Shown here piece after piece: positions 38,920-52,886 of a stretch of DNA of 64,000 nt (within the stretch, counting starts at the first letter, position 1; every line of letters starts with the position of its first letter). The position numbers and the translations under genes were made by a program. The DNA is taken from positions 79,363 to 143,362 of the forward strand of contig MU053802.1 in assembly GCA_013239625.1 (NCBI GenBank). Direction: 5' to 3'. This stretch comes from Lama guanicoe (Eukaryota). The notes beneath the pieces were generated by a model. It did no database searches and was not told the origin of the DNA. It saw only the letters and a list, made by a program, of their open reading frames with translations.

Positions 38920-40190
38920 GAAGATTGCTTTGGCAGTTTGACGTCTTTTATGGTTCCATATAAATTTTGGAATTGTTTGTTTTAGTTCTGTGAAAAATGT
39001 TATGAGTATTTTAGCAGGGATTGGATCTGTGGATTGCTTTCGGTGGTGCGGCCATTTTGATAGTGTTGATTCCTCCAATCCAGGAGCACAGAATATTTTT
39101 TCCATTTCTTTGTATCATTTTCAATTTCCTTCATCAGTGTTTTACAGTTTTCAGAGTATAGGTAACCTCCTTGGTTAAGTTTATTTCTATGTTTTTTTTT
39201 TACATTTTTTATTGATTTATAATCATTTTACAAAGTTGTGTCAAATTCCAGTGTTCAGCAAAAATTTTCAGTCATTCATGGACATATACACACTCATTGT
39301 CACATTTTTTTTCTCTGTGACTTATCATAACATTTTGTGTATATTTCCCTGTGCTATACAGTGTAATCTTGTTTATCTATCTACAATTTTGAAATCCCAG
39401 TCTATCCCTTCCCACCCTCTACCCCCCTGGTAACCACAAGTCTGTATTCTCTGTCTGTTAGTCTATTTCTGTCCTGTGTTTATGCTTTGTTTTTGTTTGT
39501 TTGTTTGTTTTAGTTTTTGTTTTTTAGATTCCAAATATGAGCGATCTCATGTGGTATTTTTCTTTCTCTTTCTGTATTTTGTTGTTTTTGATGCAATGGA
39601 AATGTTTATGCCAATTTTTGAAGTGAAGAAAAAAGTGAATGAAAGGCTGCAAATGGCAAAATATCCTTCTTTATGTGTGAATTGCATTCTATTACATATA
39701 TATGTTCCATCTTCTTTATCCATTCATCTATTGATGTGCACTTAGGAGGCTTCTATATTTTGGCAATTATACATAATATTGCTTTTAGTAGCAGAGTTTA
39801 TATATCTTTTTGAATTAATGTTTTTTTTTCTCAGATACATGCCCAGGATTGGAATTGCTGGGCCATAAGGTGGTTCTATTTTTAGATTTTTGAGAAACCT
39901 CCATATTGTTTCCCATAGTGGCTGCACCAACTTACATTCCCACCAACAGTGTACAAGGGTTCCCCTTTCTCCACATCCTTGCTGACATTTGTTATTTGTG
40001 TTCTTCTTGATGATGGTCATTCAGGTGTGAGGTGATATCGCATTGTGGTTTTGATTTGCATTTCCCTGATACTAGTGATGCTGAGCAACTCTTCATGTTC
40101 CTGTGAGCCATCTGCACCTCCTTTTTTGGAAAAATGTCTGTTCAGTTCTTCTGCTCATATTTTAAATAAGTTGGTTGTTTGTTTGCTTTT
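38920..40190 (-). mobile_element. Cluster of L1 fragments, including a nested L1 3' end (~39191-39570)
   Basis: Minus-strand ORF2 peptides ([41 protein letters not shown]). A poly-T-headed 3' UTR fragment interrupts the first piece. Confidence 0.88.
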
Positions 40191-41669
40191 TAATTAAAGT
40201 ACAGTTGATTTTTTTTAAGTCATTTCTGCTACAACTAATAGCTTTAGGGAAACTGAGAAAATAGATCCATTTAATACTAAGCTCATATATGACAGAACTG
40301 GCAGGAAGATCCCTATTTTCCAAAAGTGCTGCTCATATGAAAGCTTTTCTAAGATTACTATGAATATATATTCTTCATTTTAATATTTCCCCAAATTCCA
40401 GGTAATTATTAAAGAAAAATGATGTTTCATGTGGATAACTTACATTAGAAATATGTTACAGTTTTTTTCCATCATAAAATTTACACATGCTGTAAAGATA
40501 GCAAAAGGTCTGCTGAGCTCTAAACTTCTACAGTTCTTTGAAATATGAGTTCATCACATTTCAGACTTTAATTTCCTTTAAGGAAACATGAAAGTCTGCA
40601 GCTTCTTTTTACCTCAAAGCCATTGATAAAAGACTAAAAAATGCACAAAAGTGCCTTGACTTCTAGAAGCAGAACTTTTAAAAAAGTAATTAAAAAGAAA
40701 GAAGAAAAAGTAGGAGGAGAAAAAAAGAAGCACAGATACATACACAAAGATAAAATTATGGTATAAAATCCCACAAATATTACCAATATTATTGCCCAGC
40801 CACTGATACATTATATTTCTGTTCTCTCACTTCTTTGCAAGGGTTCAACAGATATATATCAAAGACAAAATCATTTTTCAGAGTGAATTTTATCACACAT
40901 AGACGTTTCAAATCTTGTTTATTTTAAAATAAACATAGAATGTTGTTGGGAGAAAGAATGTGGGAGAAAGAGAAAAAGACAGCAAGTGGGAAAGCTCAAT
41001 CAAAACAAACATTTGCTACATTTTTTCTGGGCTTAAACCAACATTGACCAATCATGTAAGACACATACAAGACAGAAAACTAGATCTTTATTAGAGTAAG
41101 CTATATTTTGTTAAAGAAAGATAGTGTCAACTAAATGCATCTGTTATTGAGGTTAAAAAATTCATCTTTACTTGTAAACCATGAGCAAATTCATAATGAA
41201 AAACTATTTATAAAATGAAAAATATACTCATTTCCAAAAGTGCAATATACCAGGTTCTCCTGAATAGGTATTTTTGTAATGACTTCAGTGAATTTTGGTT
41301 TATTTTTTCTAGAAAAGTCTATATGACATGACCCTAATATTTTCATAGTACTTTAATGAGGAAAATGCTGTATGTACATACACTAAGTAAACACTCCCTC
41401 TGAGGAATTTTTAGTCTCCCAGAAACAGTCTAAATATCATCCAGTGCCAAGAGGAATTCTAAGCAGTTGCAGAAATGAGAAATAGAGCAAAGACTGGAGC
41501 ATTTATACTACTGTACTCCTGCAATGAGTCTTCCTTCCTTCCCTTCCATCTTCCTCCCTCCCTTCCTTCCTTCTTTCTCTCTCTCTCCCCTTCTCTCTTT
41601 TAGTTTACCAGATTGCCTTTAGGGATTTCCAAAACATAATATAAAAATTTATATTTATTATTCACTTAC

Positions 41670-41801
41670 TTCATTGCCCTCCAATTCAAAAAACTCAGAC
41701 TTCATAGAAGCTCTGTACTGTGTCGGTGCGGCCATTTGCCACACGCAAGCCTGGAGTGGCTATGGTGCCATTCAGTTTTGTAAGAAGTCTGTCACAAGCC
41801 G
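41670..41801 (-). pseudogene. TLL1: TLL1 exon ~15 copy
   Basis: tag|..[17 protein letters not shown] / [26 protein letters not shown]|gtaagt. The WPKEYPPNKN segment is missing (~29 nt, frameshift). Confidence 0.9.
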
Positions 41802-42831
41802 CTAGAGAGAAAGAAGAGGAAAAGCTTTCTCCAAATAAAGTCATCCCCTTCAAAGCACCTTTCAACTGATAATCAAACATCTCAGCATTAAATTTCAACT
41901 GTCTTCTGGACTTCTTGAAATCTAGAAAGTTGCAGTCTCTGTCCTCAGTCTTCAGGACAACTGTTTTGATCATCTGATCCCATTTACGAGGGGTTATTTT
42001 GTAGCTTTGGAGCCAAACAGGTGATGGCTGGACTATGACATTTTAGATCACTTTAAAGTGGGAGAGCAATATAAAGAAAACTGGGGGTCAGTTTTCTTCT
42101 CTTTTAAATGTGTGTAATAATATCTACTCCATATGGTGGTTGTGAAAATTAGTAAAAAGATTTATGTAAAGCACAATATAGTCTGATGGTAAGCATCAGT
42201 TATTTAGTTCCTCAAATGCTCTTTTCCAAGACAAGCAACTCTTGGAGAAAGTTGAGCTAGCATGCAAGATAAATAGTAAATATGCATAAAAGAGGTGCCA
42301 TTGACTATACTTTAATTTTTTAAAAAGGTACTATTTATTTTACCTCTCCTTTTTATTGATAGGGAAATTAGCAAAATTAGGATATTCAAAAGCAAGTCAG
42401 ATGAAAAGAACACATATTGTACGCAGTTTCTGATTAATTCCTGGGGAGTCAAGACTTAGCTAAATAACTGGTCTCTTTAATTGCTTCTTTGGATATATGT
42501 ATATGTATGTAAATGTGTTTATGTATGTGAACTAATATAAATATCAATATATTTATGAATATACTTTAAAAACTCTATCTGTACTTTTATGTTTTGGGTA
42601 AATTTTTATAATGCAAAATATTTATTTTTAGGAGTCCCACAGAAATAACAGCTACATTATTATTATCTGATATACAATGTCTTCTGTTTCAAAAGTATCA
42701 CATTTTCTTCATAACTGTGTGCATTTCATTCCAGTAGAAGAGGGAGGCAGAAAGAGAGAAAGAATGAAATTGAAAGAAAGAAATGGGCAGGGGTTTCGGG
42801 CAGGGAACACCACGTGCAAATCCAGCGCTAC

Positions 42832-42957
42832 CTTCACAGGTCCTTTTGTCAGGTCCCAGCTTGTAACCAGGCTCACATGAGCACTAGTAACTGCCCAGTG
42901 TTTTCAGACAATGCTCCTGGCAGCCTCCATGGTCAGGTTTGGCACACTCATCTTCCC
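42832..42957 (-). pseudogene. TLL1: TLL1 exon ~14 copy (EGF domain)
   Basis: [40 protein letters not shown], 126 nt, TAG at 42884-42886. Confidence 0.92.
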
Positions 42958-44657
42958 CTACAAATGTGGCAACAATCAGACAACAGCTAGAATATTTCAT
43001 TTTTATAGACTAATGCATAATTTTTTGAAAATACAATGTTTAATAGCTCTGAATGAAATTGAGACAATTGATTTTTTCAACAAAGGAGCCAGAACAATTT
43101 GCAAGCCCTTGATGGATGAAATACAGGAATCCATGTCATTACAATCTAAGAATTGTTTAAGAACCAGAAGGACTGGGCCAATGGAAGATCACCTTATCTC
43201 AGACACAGAATGTGTTTTTTCCTGAACTTAATGTCAAAGAGGATTATTAAAATTTAGAATGAAATAAAAAACTTACAGAAAAAAAGATTCACCTGTTCAT
43301 TTCATAGTATAGTTTGCTAGGTAGTCTAAAAAGTGCTTTAAAAGAAATATCATTATTAAGAAACAGTTAATGGTGACTAAAAATTAAAAAGAAAGAAAAG
43401 TTTAAAAAGAAAAATTTAAAGCATGCAGTACTTTTTTCATATAGACATACTGATCCAGAATATACAATAATCATTTTTTATAAACACATACACTATTTTA
43501 ATTGTATATGAAAACATGAACCATACATATGAAATAGACACATAAAAATATATACTATCTTAAAAAAACATATAACAGAGTACTCCATAATTTCACTCTT
43601 TAGGAATAACCTATTTTGAGCTAGGAAAACAGCAAACTATATTCTCTGGAGAAATTATGCATTACCAAAACACTTAAGCATTGTGATAACCCAATATATA
43701 AACATCGCATGAGAGACATAGCTTGTTTCTTCTACTGTAAAGTGTAACACATAAAGAAGATTCAAAGCATGTAAATGAACATTTTAATGAATACTTTGAA
43801 TACATACCATAAAAGTGCCAAGTTCTCCACCTTTCAATTCATATAATGAATATCTAAGTAAAGCTCAGGGGAAATCTATTATATTGTTGCTCTTTGAATA
43901 ATAAAAATATCGAGATATTAGTCACACTAAAATCTGACATACACAACTGAATCCATCATCTATTCTGTAAAAGTCAGTGGAGAGAAAATTTATTTTCTCT
44001 TCCCATAAAATAATCTTATTCTACAATAACACACTTCCTAAGCACCTAGGAATTTTCTAAATGCAAATCTGGTATTATTTTCACTAACACAGATTTCTTT
44101 TTAACTCAGAAATACACACCAAACATGGGACACAAAAATAAACTAAAATTTGGTTATGCAATTCAAAATTAAAGCTGATTGCTAATATTATTTGTCAAAA
44201 AGTCATTTTAGGTATCAGAATTTTCCACTAAGGAGTGTAAATTATTTCTAATGTGGTGGAATGCTCTTCTCTAAGGGATGGTTTAGGAATGCTCCCCCCC
44301 TGGAAATAAATTGATGAACTGTATGTCAATAACCCCCTTTAGGCTATGAACCCTTTATTGATTACATTGCAAGTATTTCCATTCTGCATGTATATCCCTT
44401 TCTGGATTTTGCTCTTTTGGCTATTTCATAAAAAACAGATGGCAGATTATCCTAATGGAGTTCCTACACTGTGCTATAAAGCTCCAAATTGCAGTATTTT
44501 ACCAATAAGCTTTTCCATCAAAAAACCATTGAAATATCCTTATGAACATACTTCAACCTTCAAAATTACTTTACTCTAGTTCTCCCCTAATTCAAAGCTA
44601 AATATCACATTTATTCTAGAGATAGAAAAGCTTACACTTTACATTATTTCAAAATAC

Positions 44658-44847
44658 CTTTTTAAAAAATTGGTAGCAAACCCTGCCGTGTTCCATCAGA
44701 AACAAATTTCTTCCATAAGGTATTGGAGGTAGATCTGATATCTTTAGGTTTATTATAACCACCAAAACACCCTATCAAAGGGCTATTTTCACTGGTTCCA
44801 TCTTGAACTTCTAGGTAGTCATAGGCACAATTATCATGCCTTTCAAT
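44658..44847 (-). pseudogene. TLL1: TLL1 exon ~13 copy (CUB2)
   Basis: cag|[53 protein letters not shown], then a frameshift to TAA; donor gtattt. Confidence 0.93.
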
Positions 44848-47800
44848 CTGCAACAGTAAACATATGTGAAGATCTATCTCATTAATAGATAAAACAATTA
44901 CTATGGAAAGAACATTATGCGTTCTCAGTGCCATAGTGCTGACCTGGCCGGGGAACAAATGATGTATACCAAATGAGAGCGTTTCTGATGAGGGTGCCTG
45001 GTAATACCTACACTATCTGTGAATAAAGGTTGTATTAATCTGGTAGACACAGTGGAAAAATATCTATGAAACAGTGCATCCACATGCTTTAGGATCAATG
45101 GAAGCTAACCACCTTTTAAAATAAAATAAAAATACAAGAATTAATTCTTTGGAAAACAGAATTCAAGAAAATTCGGACTTAAAGTTATCATTAGATATCT
45201 GGGCTAGATATGTTATTTCATCATAGTTCAGCAACAAAGCCAGAATTTTATTAATAGAGAAGCTGAATTCAAGATATTGTAGTTTTAGGTTGTGTATCTC
45301 TTTTGAAGACAAATTTGATAACATGGGATTACATATTTTTCTAGTCTATGGAATTCTTTATTTGTAGTTAGCATAGCTGTGTGTGAGAAGACTCGTCCAC
45401 TGCAGAACCAGCACTGGATCCCCGCCTCAGGGTAATGGGGCTTATTTAGATGAGCCCTTTTACCTTAACACATCCCACTCAACCTGTGCAACTTGGAACT
45501 CAGTCTCCTTCTTAAACAATTAAAATGCAAATATTAGCTCAGACTATTGATCTATAAAACTTTATAAAGAAGTACATGTTCATGGACCTGTGTTTTAGCC
45601 CTGAACTTCTCAAACAAATCAAAATTTATACATTGTTCTACAAATCACAAGACCATTTCAAAATAAATTCTTGCTTTTTATTTTTTCATAGAAAATGGGC
45701 AATAACCCTGAAGTCTTAGCAGAGTCAATTACTTATTAGGTATTTGAAGCCAGAAAGCACTGACATCTGTAATTAATAAACCATGAACAATATTACATCA
45801 CATCAACCATCATTCAACATACAATTCGCTAAACTATGGGATTCTCCTAATACAAAAAGAATGTCAAGAATCACGTTCATTCCATGAACTAAAACCTGTA
45901 TGCCTGAAACTGCTGGTACAGTTGGGTGAAGATCCATTTCCTGATCTGTGAATATATTAACAATTACAGTCTTCAAATTAGGCAGCAGAAGAACAAACAG
46001 ACAAAAACAGATTCTGAAGCAGATTTGATTAAAACTAAGTACTGCCTTTGCTGCTGCCCTTTTCCCAATCACAAATCAGGATTCATTCATTCCTTCATCA
46101 AATATTCAGTGCCTGTTCTCTGCTGGGCACCCCTCCTAATGTAGTATACATTGTCCTGCCAAATAACAAAGAACCTCACCTTCCTGGAGCTTATCCTGGT
46201 GGGAAAAGAATGAAGAAACAATAAACAGGGTAAATAATAATCATAAAATACAAGAAAGCAATGCATTCTATGGAAAAATACAACATGAAACAAGATAGGA
46301 AATATGAGAAGCGGATGCAGGGAGTTAAGGTTGCAATTTTAAATTACAGTATCAGTAGGAAGTCACTTTGACTCATAAATATAGATTTTTTTCCTAAAAA
46401 ATGTATTCTGTATGTGTGGAATTATGAGAAAGAATTAGAAAATATTTAACATTAAAAATATCTCATTTTAAAAGCATATTTAAACAGGGAGATGAGAGCG
46501 AGCTAGCAGTCCCACTGGTAATGAAATGTCACCAGGGATGGCAAGGGCCATCTGACCAGCTCTCAGTCCTTAATATACTCCCTTCAAAATCAGAGGTCTC
46601 TATAAATATGAGAACACTTTCAGATGACCAAAGGCTATTCTCTGGTCAAGGGGACATATAAAATAACATCTAAAACTCTTACAGTATAGAGCCTGGTAAA
46701 AGCATAAAGAGAACTGAACTAGTGATGAAAAGTGTAGGGAAAATAACCAAAGGTCTCAGTCAGCCAACGTTTCTTCAGCTGCTTGATCAGCACAGAATGA
46801 ACTGCTCCCAACTCATGAATCACACTGGAAGAGGCAGGAGAGGCTAAGTTCAAAGAGGAAAGAAAGTGAGAACACACAATGAAGAAAAGATGCTTGCCAC
46901 AGAAGGTCAATTAGTAAAATAAAATCACAGTGCTTCATACTAGGAGCCATACCAGGCAAAAAAATAAGGAGGTTAATTTAAAAAGATTTTAAATGACTAT
47001 TTTGAAGAAATCACTGCTTAAAAAATTACAGTACAAAGAAAACAGGATACAAATTATTGAAAAAATTACATTTCTTCAATGATTAAAGAGAAATAGGATG
47101 ATGGATATTTCCCCATATATAAAACTCACTCTGTCCCTTTAATAGTTACACAGTAGATCTCTTTAAATTTAAATTTATAACATATTCAATGCTTACTTGG
47201 TAAAAGTTAGAGGTTCAAATATTTTATATGACATACAAAGTATAAATATCTCATGGGTAAGTACACAAAAAATGACTAATTTTAGGATTAACTCCATCAG
47301 TATCTATTTATGAATTACCTATTAGTTACATATTAAGTATTATGCACCTGGTATTAGGGGTAACACAATGGAAATACACACTATATTCCCATAAGTAAAT
47401 GTCATTGTTGTTGACATAAGATATCAATGACCTCAATGATCTTTATTTACATATTTTTTCCAGTGTAATTGCAGTAATCCTAATTGCAAAGTCAGCACAA
47501 TAAATCTGCTCTATTGGTGTTAAAATTATACCTCTTCAATTATATTTACACAACAGTAATGATGGTGAGCACAAATGAGAGCTTGAGTTATTCTATTTGT
47601 TATTTGTATAACGTTTTCTACAGCTGTATCAATTACTGTATCAATTAGTATACAGAATAGATAGAAATAAATATGGTTGAAGCTAAAAAGTGGGTAAGTC
47701 CATTAATGTTATGCTAGTAACCTCAAGAACTTTGAGAAAAAACACCAAAGTCAATGGTTCACAAAATCAAAGAAAGAAAAGCAATTTTGTCTTGATTTAA

Positions 47801-48499
47801 AGCATGGACAACAGTTCATAGATCTGGGACCTGAACTCAATGTCACACACAATTATACATGTAATAAATGTTTTGATACTGATGATGCTGGTTTATTATA
47901 GACTTTAAGGTAATCAGAGCATAAAACATATAGCAGTGTGGCAAGTTTATCATAATATAAACAGATCTCATATGTATATAGAGAAAACAGTGAAAGGGAT
48001 AGTAAGCTGTGAAGATCTTTTTGGAAACTGATTTATAAATGACAATGGAAGTAGATCTAAATACACAAAGAAGGAAGGACAAGTACAAAGTTTAGCTGGA
48101 AGGAATTAATACTACATTTCATTACTAAGTGGAGGCTCAGGCCTTTTACTGGCAGGTTAGAGAGGAAGCATGGAAAAGCTGAGTGATTTTATTTAGCAAG
48201 AACTAAAATCAATTAAATGTAACCTGAAGTAGTCAGCTTTTCATTCTAACACTGCCTAGCAGTGCAGAGCTTTGTGGCCAGTGCGTGGGGGTGAGCCCTA
48301 ACACTGCAGGAAAGCCCCCCCTGGTGCAAGAGACCAGGCCAAGGGTTAGGACACATTCACACACTTTGCCTTAATTTTATAATCAAATTTCCAACTGTAA
48401 CATTGCAAAATCATCTACTGTGATACCTAGATGTTTGTAAAAACCTCTGAAAACTCCAAAACTTATAGGTAATAGTTTCAGCAAAAGCTCTCTCATACT

Positions 48500-49080
48500 C
48501 TCTGAAAAATTGAAAATAAAATTACCATATGGTTCAGCAATTCCACTTCTGGGTATATATTTTAAAAATTGAAAGCAGGGTCTTGGAGAGAGATTTGTAT
48601 ATCCACATTCATACCAGCATTATTCATAACAGCCAAGAGGTGGAAGAAACCCAAATGTCCATCAGTGGATGAGTGGATAAGCAAAATATTGTATATACAT
48701 AATGGAGTATTAGCCTTAAAAAGTAAGGCAATCCTTTCATGTGCTACAGCATGCAAGAGCCTTGAGGATATTACACTAAGTGCAATTTTAAAAAGTCACC
48801 AAATAATGTTAAATATTGTGATTCCACTTACATGAGGTACCCAAGAGTAGTCAACTTCATAGAGAAATAAAGCAGAAGTGTGATCACCAGGGGCTGGGGG
48901 GAAGAGGGAATGGGGAATTGTTGCTTACTGGGTAAGGAGTTTCAGCTTTGCAAGATGAAAAGACTTCTTGAGGTTGATTGCACAACAGTATAAGTGTACT
49001 TAACACTACTGTGTTGTACACTTAAAAAACAGTTAAGATGGTAAATTTTCTGTCATGTCTATTTTTACCATAATAAAAAT
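48500..49080 (+). mobile_element. L1 3' end (L1MB-type)
   Basis: STFIPALFITAKRWKKPKCPSVDEWI ORF2 peptide followed by a typical 3' UTR. Confidence 0.88.
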
Positions 49081-50158
49081 ACTGTCTTCTATGACTGCTG
49101 GAATGCAATTTCAAAATATAATGAATGCTACCAACTACAAAAATGATTAAACTTTTTATAGATAATGTAACTTAAAATTGTATACACTTGAAATAATTTT
49201 TAAATCATTATTTTTTGCTTTGGGAAAAATATTAAAGAAAAGTATGACTAACAAAAACAATTTAGATTAGCATTTATTATTAAAAATAAATCAATTTTAA
49301 TATAGGAAAATACAGTAAAGTCAAAGTAATAATGCTATTGTTAAAAGGAATTTTGAAAAAAGGAAAAAAGTTGAATAGATAAACATTTTCAGATATACCA
49401 GTATAATGTTTAATTTTTTATTATTTCTTTTTAATATTTAACAAATACTGATACATAAGTAACTATAGCTCAGAAATGGAGGAGAAAAAAAAATATGCAC
49501 AACCATGTGAAAATCAAAACCACGAGTCTGGGTTAGGTCTATTTTCATATGATTCTGGTTTTTCAATATTGCCATTTGATTTTTTTCCTTCATGACACAA
49601 TTATTTTTAACTCACTCATAAATTTAATAAATATTTACTGAAAATCTATTGCTGGCTAATATATACTTGATAGTGTATGAACAGTGATGAATAAACAGAC
49701 ACGTCCCTGACTGACATTCAGTGATCAAACAATACAAATGTACAAATGACAGTACTTATGAAGGGAATAAATTTAATGCCATGAGAGAATACAGATGCCT
49801 CACTTTGTGACCAAGACCTGGGTGCAGGAGTGCCAGGCCATGAAACTGGTTTCAATCACAGCGCTACCAATAATTATGCAAGCTTGGGCAAGTTTATTTG
49901 ATCTAATCTTTCAGAGTAGAATGGTAACCTAAACTGTAATTCTGAAGAGATACTTCTCTTTTATTGTCATCAGCCAATATATATTCGTAGCCAAATATCC
50001 AAAAATAGGACAGGGAAAGCATAAAAATTTTAACTAATTAAGATCTCCTTGTTCTGGCTTCCTAGTTCATTCACAAAGACTAGTCTACTTAACTTTAACT
50101 AATATAAAACATTTAATGAAATTAAAGGATTATTTTTACTCAGGTAATTCAAAAGGTA

Positions 50159-50440
50159 CAGTTGACTCTTGAACAATGTTGGAGTTAGGGGTGCCAAGCT
50201 GGTGCAGTTGATAAACAAACAAATTGATAAATGACTTATCCAAGGGAAGGAGGCTGAAATGGTCTGGAAAGATTCACCACTCAAACCCTAGTTCTTTTGA
50301 TTCCATATATTGTGATCTCTAATCAAACAAAAACTCTTCCCCACACTTAAAGAAAATGAAAATATCAGGTACTATGCTTTTTTTTAAATCCACATAAAAG
50401 TGGATCTCTGTTGAACCTGTGTTGTTCAAAGGGTCAATAG
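50159..50440. mobile_element. Tigger2-family non-autonomous DNA transposon
   Basis: Terminal inverted repeats CAGTTGACTCTTGAACAA ... TTGTTCAAAGGGTCAATAG flanked by TA on both sides. Confidence 0.8.
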
Positions 50441-50456
50441 TACCAAGATAAAAATT

Positions 50457-50905
50457 TGGGGGGAAGATGGCCAAGATGGCAGAGTAGGACTCAGCTCACG
50501 CTCTCTCGTGAATACATCAAAACTACATCTGAATAAGGAACCTCACAGAATACATACTGAACTTTGGCAGAATATCTTACAATCAGAAATACAAAGATAA
50601 TCCTCACAAAACCAGGTAGAAAAAAAGGAAATTGGGGTGGCACCTGTCCCCTGGGGGAGGGAGCAGCAAAGGAGGAGAAGCATCCTCCCCTGGGAAGCCC
50701 CTTGTCCTGTGGGGAGGTCCACTGGGACAGAAAGGAAGCTGGAGCCTTGGAGGAGACCACAGCAGCCCCTTGGCGGCAGCTGAGAGCAACTTAGGGTCTC
50801 TGAGACCCAGAACCCAAGGCTGGAGCTGGCGGGGTCAGACTGGGACTGGGGGCTGGAGCTGGAGCTTCCACAGATGAACCCTGGAAGAGGACTGGACACA
50901 GGCCT
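50457..50905 (+). mobile_element. Isolated L1 5' UTR fragment
   Basis: Begins gggggggaagatggccaagatggcagagtagga...acatcaaaactacatct, a typical laurasiatherian L1 5' end; no ORF1 follows. Confidence 0.7.
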
Positions 50906-51469
50906 CTGACTGGCCTTTGGTTTATTCTGCCCTCACCTAATAATGCAATGTTGGTGCTGAGCTTTTTCTCAATAAATATTTTTGATGAAGTCAAAAGCTC
51001 TTAAGAATATTTAAATCTCTATTTCTGATATAAACAATTTCCTGCTTAATGATAAAAAATGAAAAATGGATTTCCCCTAACAACAATAACAAAGGACAAT
51101 CTACCTTTTCACCTCTTAGTTTAGAAGAGAAATAAAAGTTTTCTTATTTAATGGACCCTTCAAGTATCCTTTGTGATACAAGCCTGGGCATTTGGTAAAA
51201 TAAACTGTTGTCAGGGCTTCAAACATTCTAATTCAACAAGCACAGATAATGTAAATTCACTTTAATCTTCTTGAAAATGTCTGCAGTAAGAGGAAAGAAG
51301 AAAAAAAATCCCTCCTCACTCTTAATGTTACATTTTATAGGCAATCCGTTGCGTCTTCGCTGATTAAAAAGCTGCTTCTCTAGTTCTTTGTTTCTTTAAT
51401 GAGGATCCCCTTAAATGTACAGTCATTTATGGAGGATGTGCCCTGGGAAGGCTGCCTGAGGGACTTTAC

Positions 51470-51614
51470 CTCAAAGGCCTGAAAGGTCGGCCTGACATAG
51501 CAGCCTTCTGTCACTGCTGTTTTCCATACACGTTCTTTCTTGAGCCTGTAGTCATCAGGCTAGTTAGAAGAATGAATCTTCCTTCATTTTTATGTATCTC
51601 ACCTCCACAAACAG
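51470..51614 (-). pseudogene. TLL1: TLL1 exon ~12 copy
   Basis: VCGGEIHKNEG-(1-nt loss)-IHSSN*PDDYRLKKERVWK...TFQAFE|gtaaag; TAG at 51560-51562. Confidence 0.9.
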
Positions 51615-52769
51615 CTGAGGAAAGCCAAAAGAAACAAGTAAATAAACCCAGACATGCATTTTCATTTTCTTCTAAGGTAACATTTTAGTTCCATGCCTGT
51701 AGCTGAGTACCTACAGACCAGGTTAGAAACATCAAGGTTGGCTGGTTGTAAATATTTAGTTGGCAAAAACAAAACCCCAAACAAACAAACAAAACAGCCT
51801 AACCACTCAACTATAAACAATAGGTAATAGTCAGCAGAGGAGTAACCACTGTTAATTCACATCTTTACAAAAACAAGCATTTTTTGGTTTACTTTTAAAA
51901 AACTTTCAGAGATTCTGTAAATTTCTTCTGTGTGAGTTTGTTCTGTGACTCCCTGAACTGCTTCTTTTGGTCTTTCAACCTCAGGTGAAGTTGCTGCACA
52001 GAACTCCCTGGGCCTCTGGCCCTGAGCAGGCCTTGTGCTCAACATCCATGGCTCCATCCAAACCAGCCTCTTCACTGCCACCCAGTTAATCTCGAAAACA
52101 AATGCCTCTGTTCTCTTAAAAGTCTAAGGGAAGAAGAAATCTTCTGTCTTTTAAATTATCTTAATTTAGATAAAATAAATTATCCGGGCAGAGGCAGGAG
52201 CAAGAAGGGTCTTCTCCACACATTACCTGGAAAGAAGGGAGCTGTTTTTAAAGCCAGGAAGCATGATGCCAGTTTATTGTTTTAAAGACGTATAGAGTGA
52301 ACCATCTAGGAAATTCTTCTTGAATGCCTGTGCTCTCATTTAGACAAAGCCCCAGAACTGTGCAGTTTCTAGTAGTATAGGTACTTCAGCAGTACAGGCA
52401 TCAAACACACACCAGCTCAGTAAAGGGAAGTGGCTATTTCTTCATATATTACTACTACCATGAAAACACAGCTGAAGTCTAAGAACTCTTGCACCATTTG
52501 TTGCCGTTTCTGACACATCCCTGATGAGTTTTCCCCCACACTTCCTGGATGAGTACATTTATGTTACAACATTACTGGTACCAGAAAACAGGCTGTTCTT
52601 GGGATTTAAATTTACCAGGGATTTTTATGAAAATCATCCTGATAAACATTATAATACAGGTTAGGAAACTTCATAATTAAAATAAGATCATTCTAATGAA
52701 ACTGAGAGAAAGGACACTTCTGTTAAGAGATCTAAGGGGAAGTCACCTGTAAAACTCAGTGTGACCTGC

Positions 52770-52886
52770 CTATGCAGGCAGCTGCAAACCCCTGTCCCAC
52801 CCAGTTACTGCTGCTGTGAAGCTCAGCCCACATTCTGCTGTCTGCGGAGGTAAGAGCTTCAGGCAATCTGTCCCCACAGAATCTAC
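52770..52886 (-). pseudogene. TLL1: TLL1 exon ~11 copy
   Basis: [35 protein letters not shown], 117 nt; donor reads gc. Confidence 0.9.
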
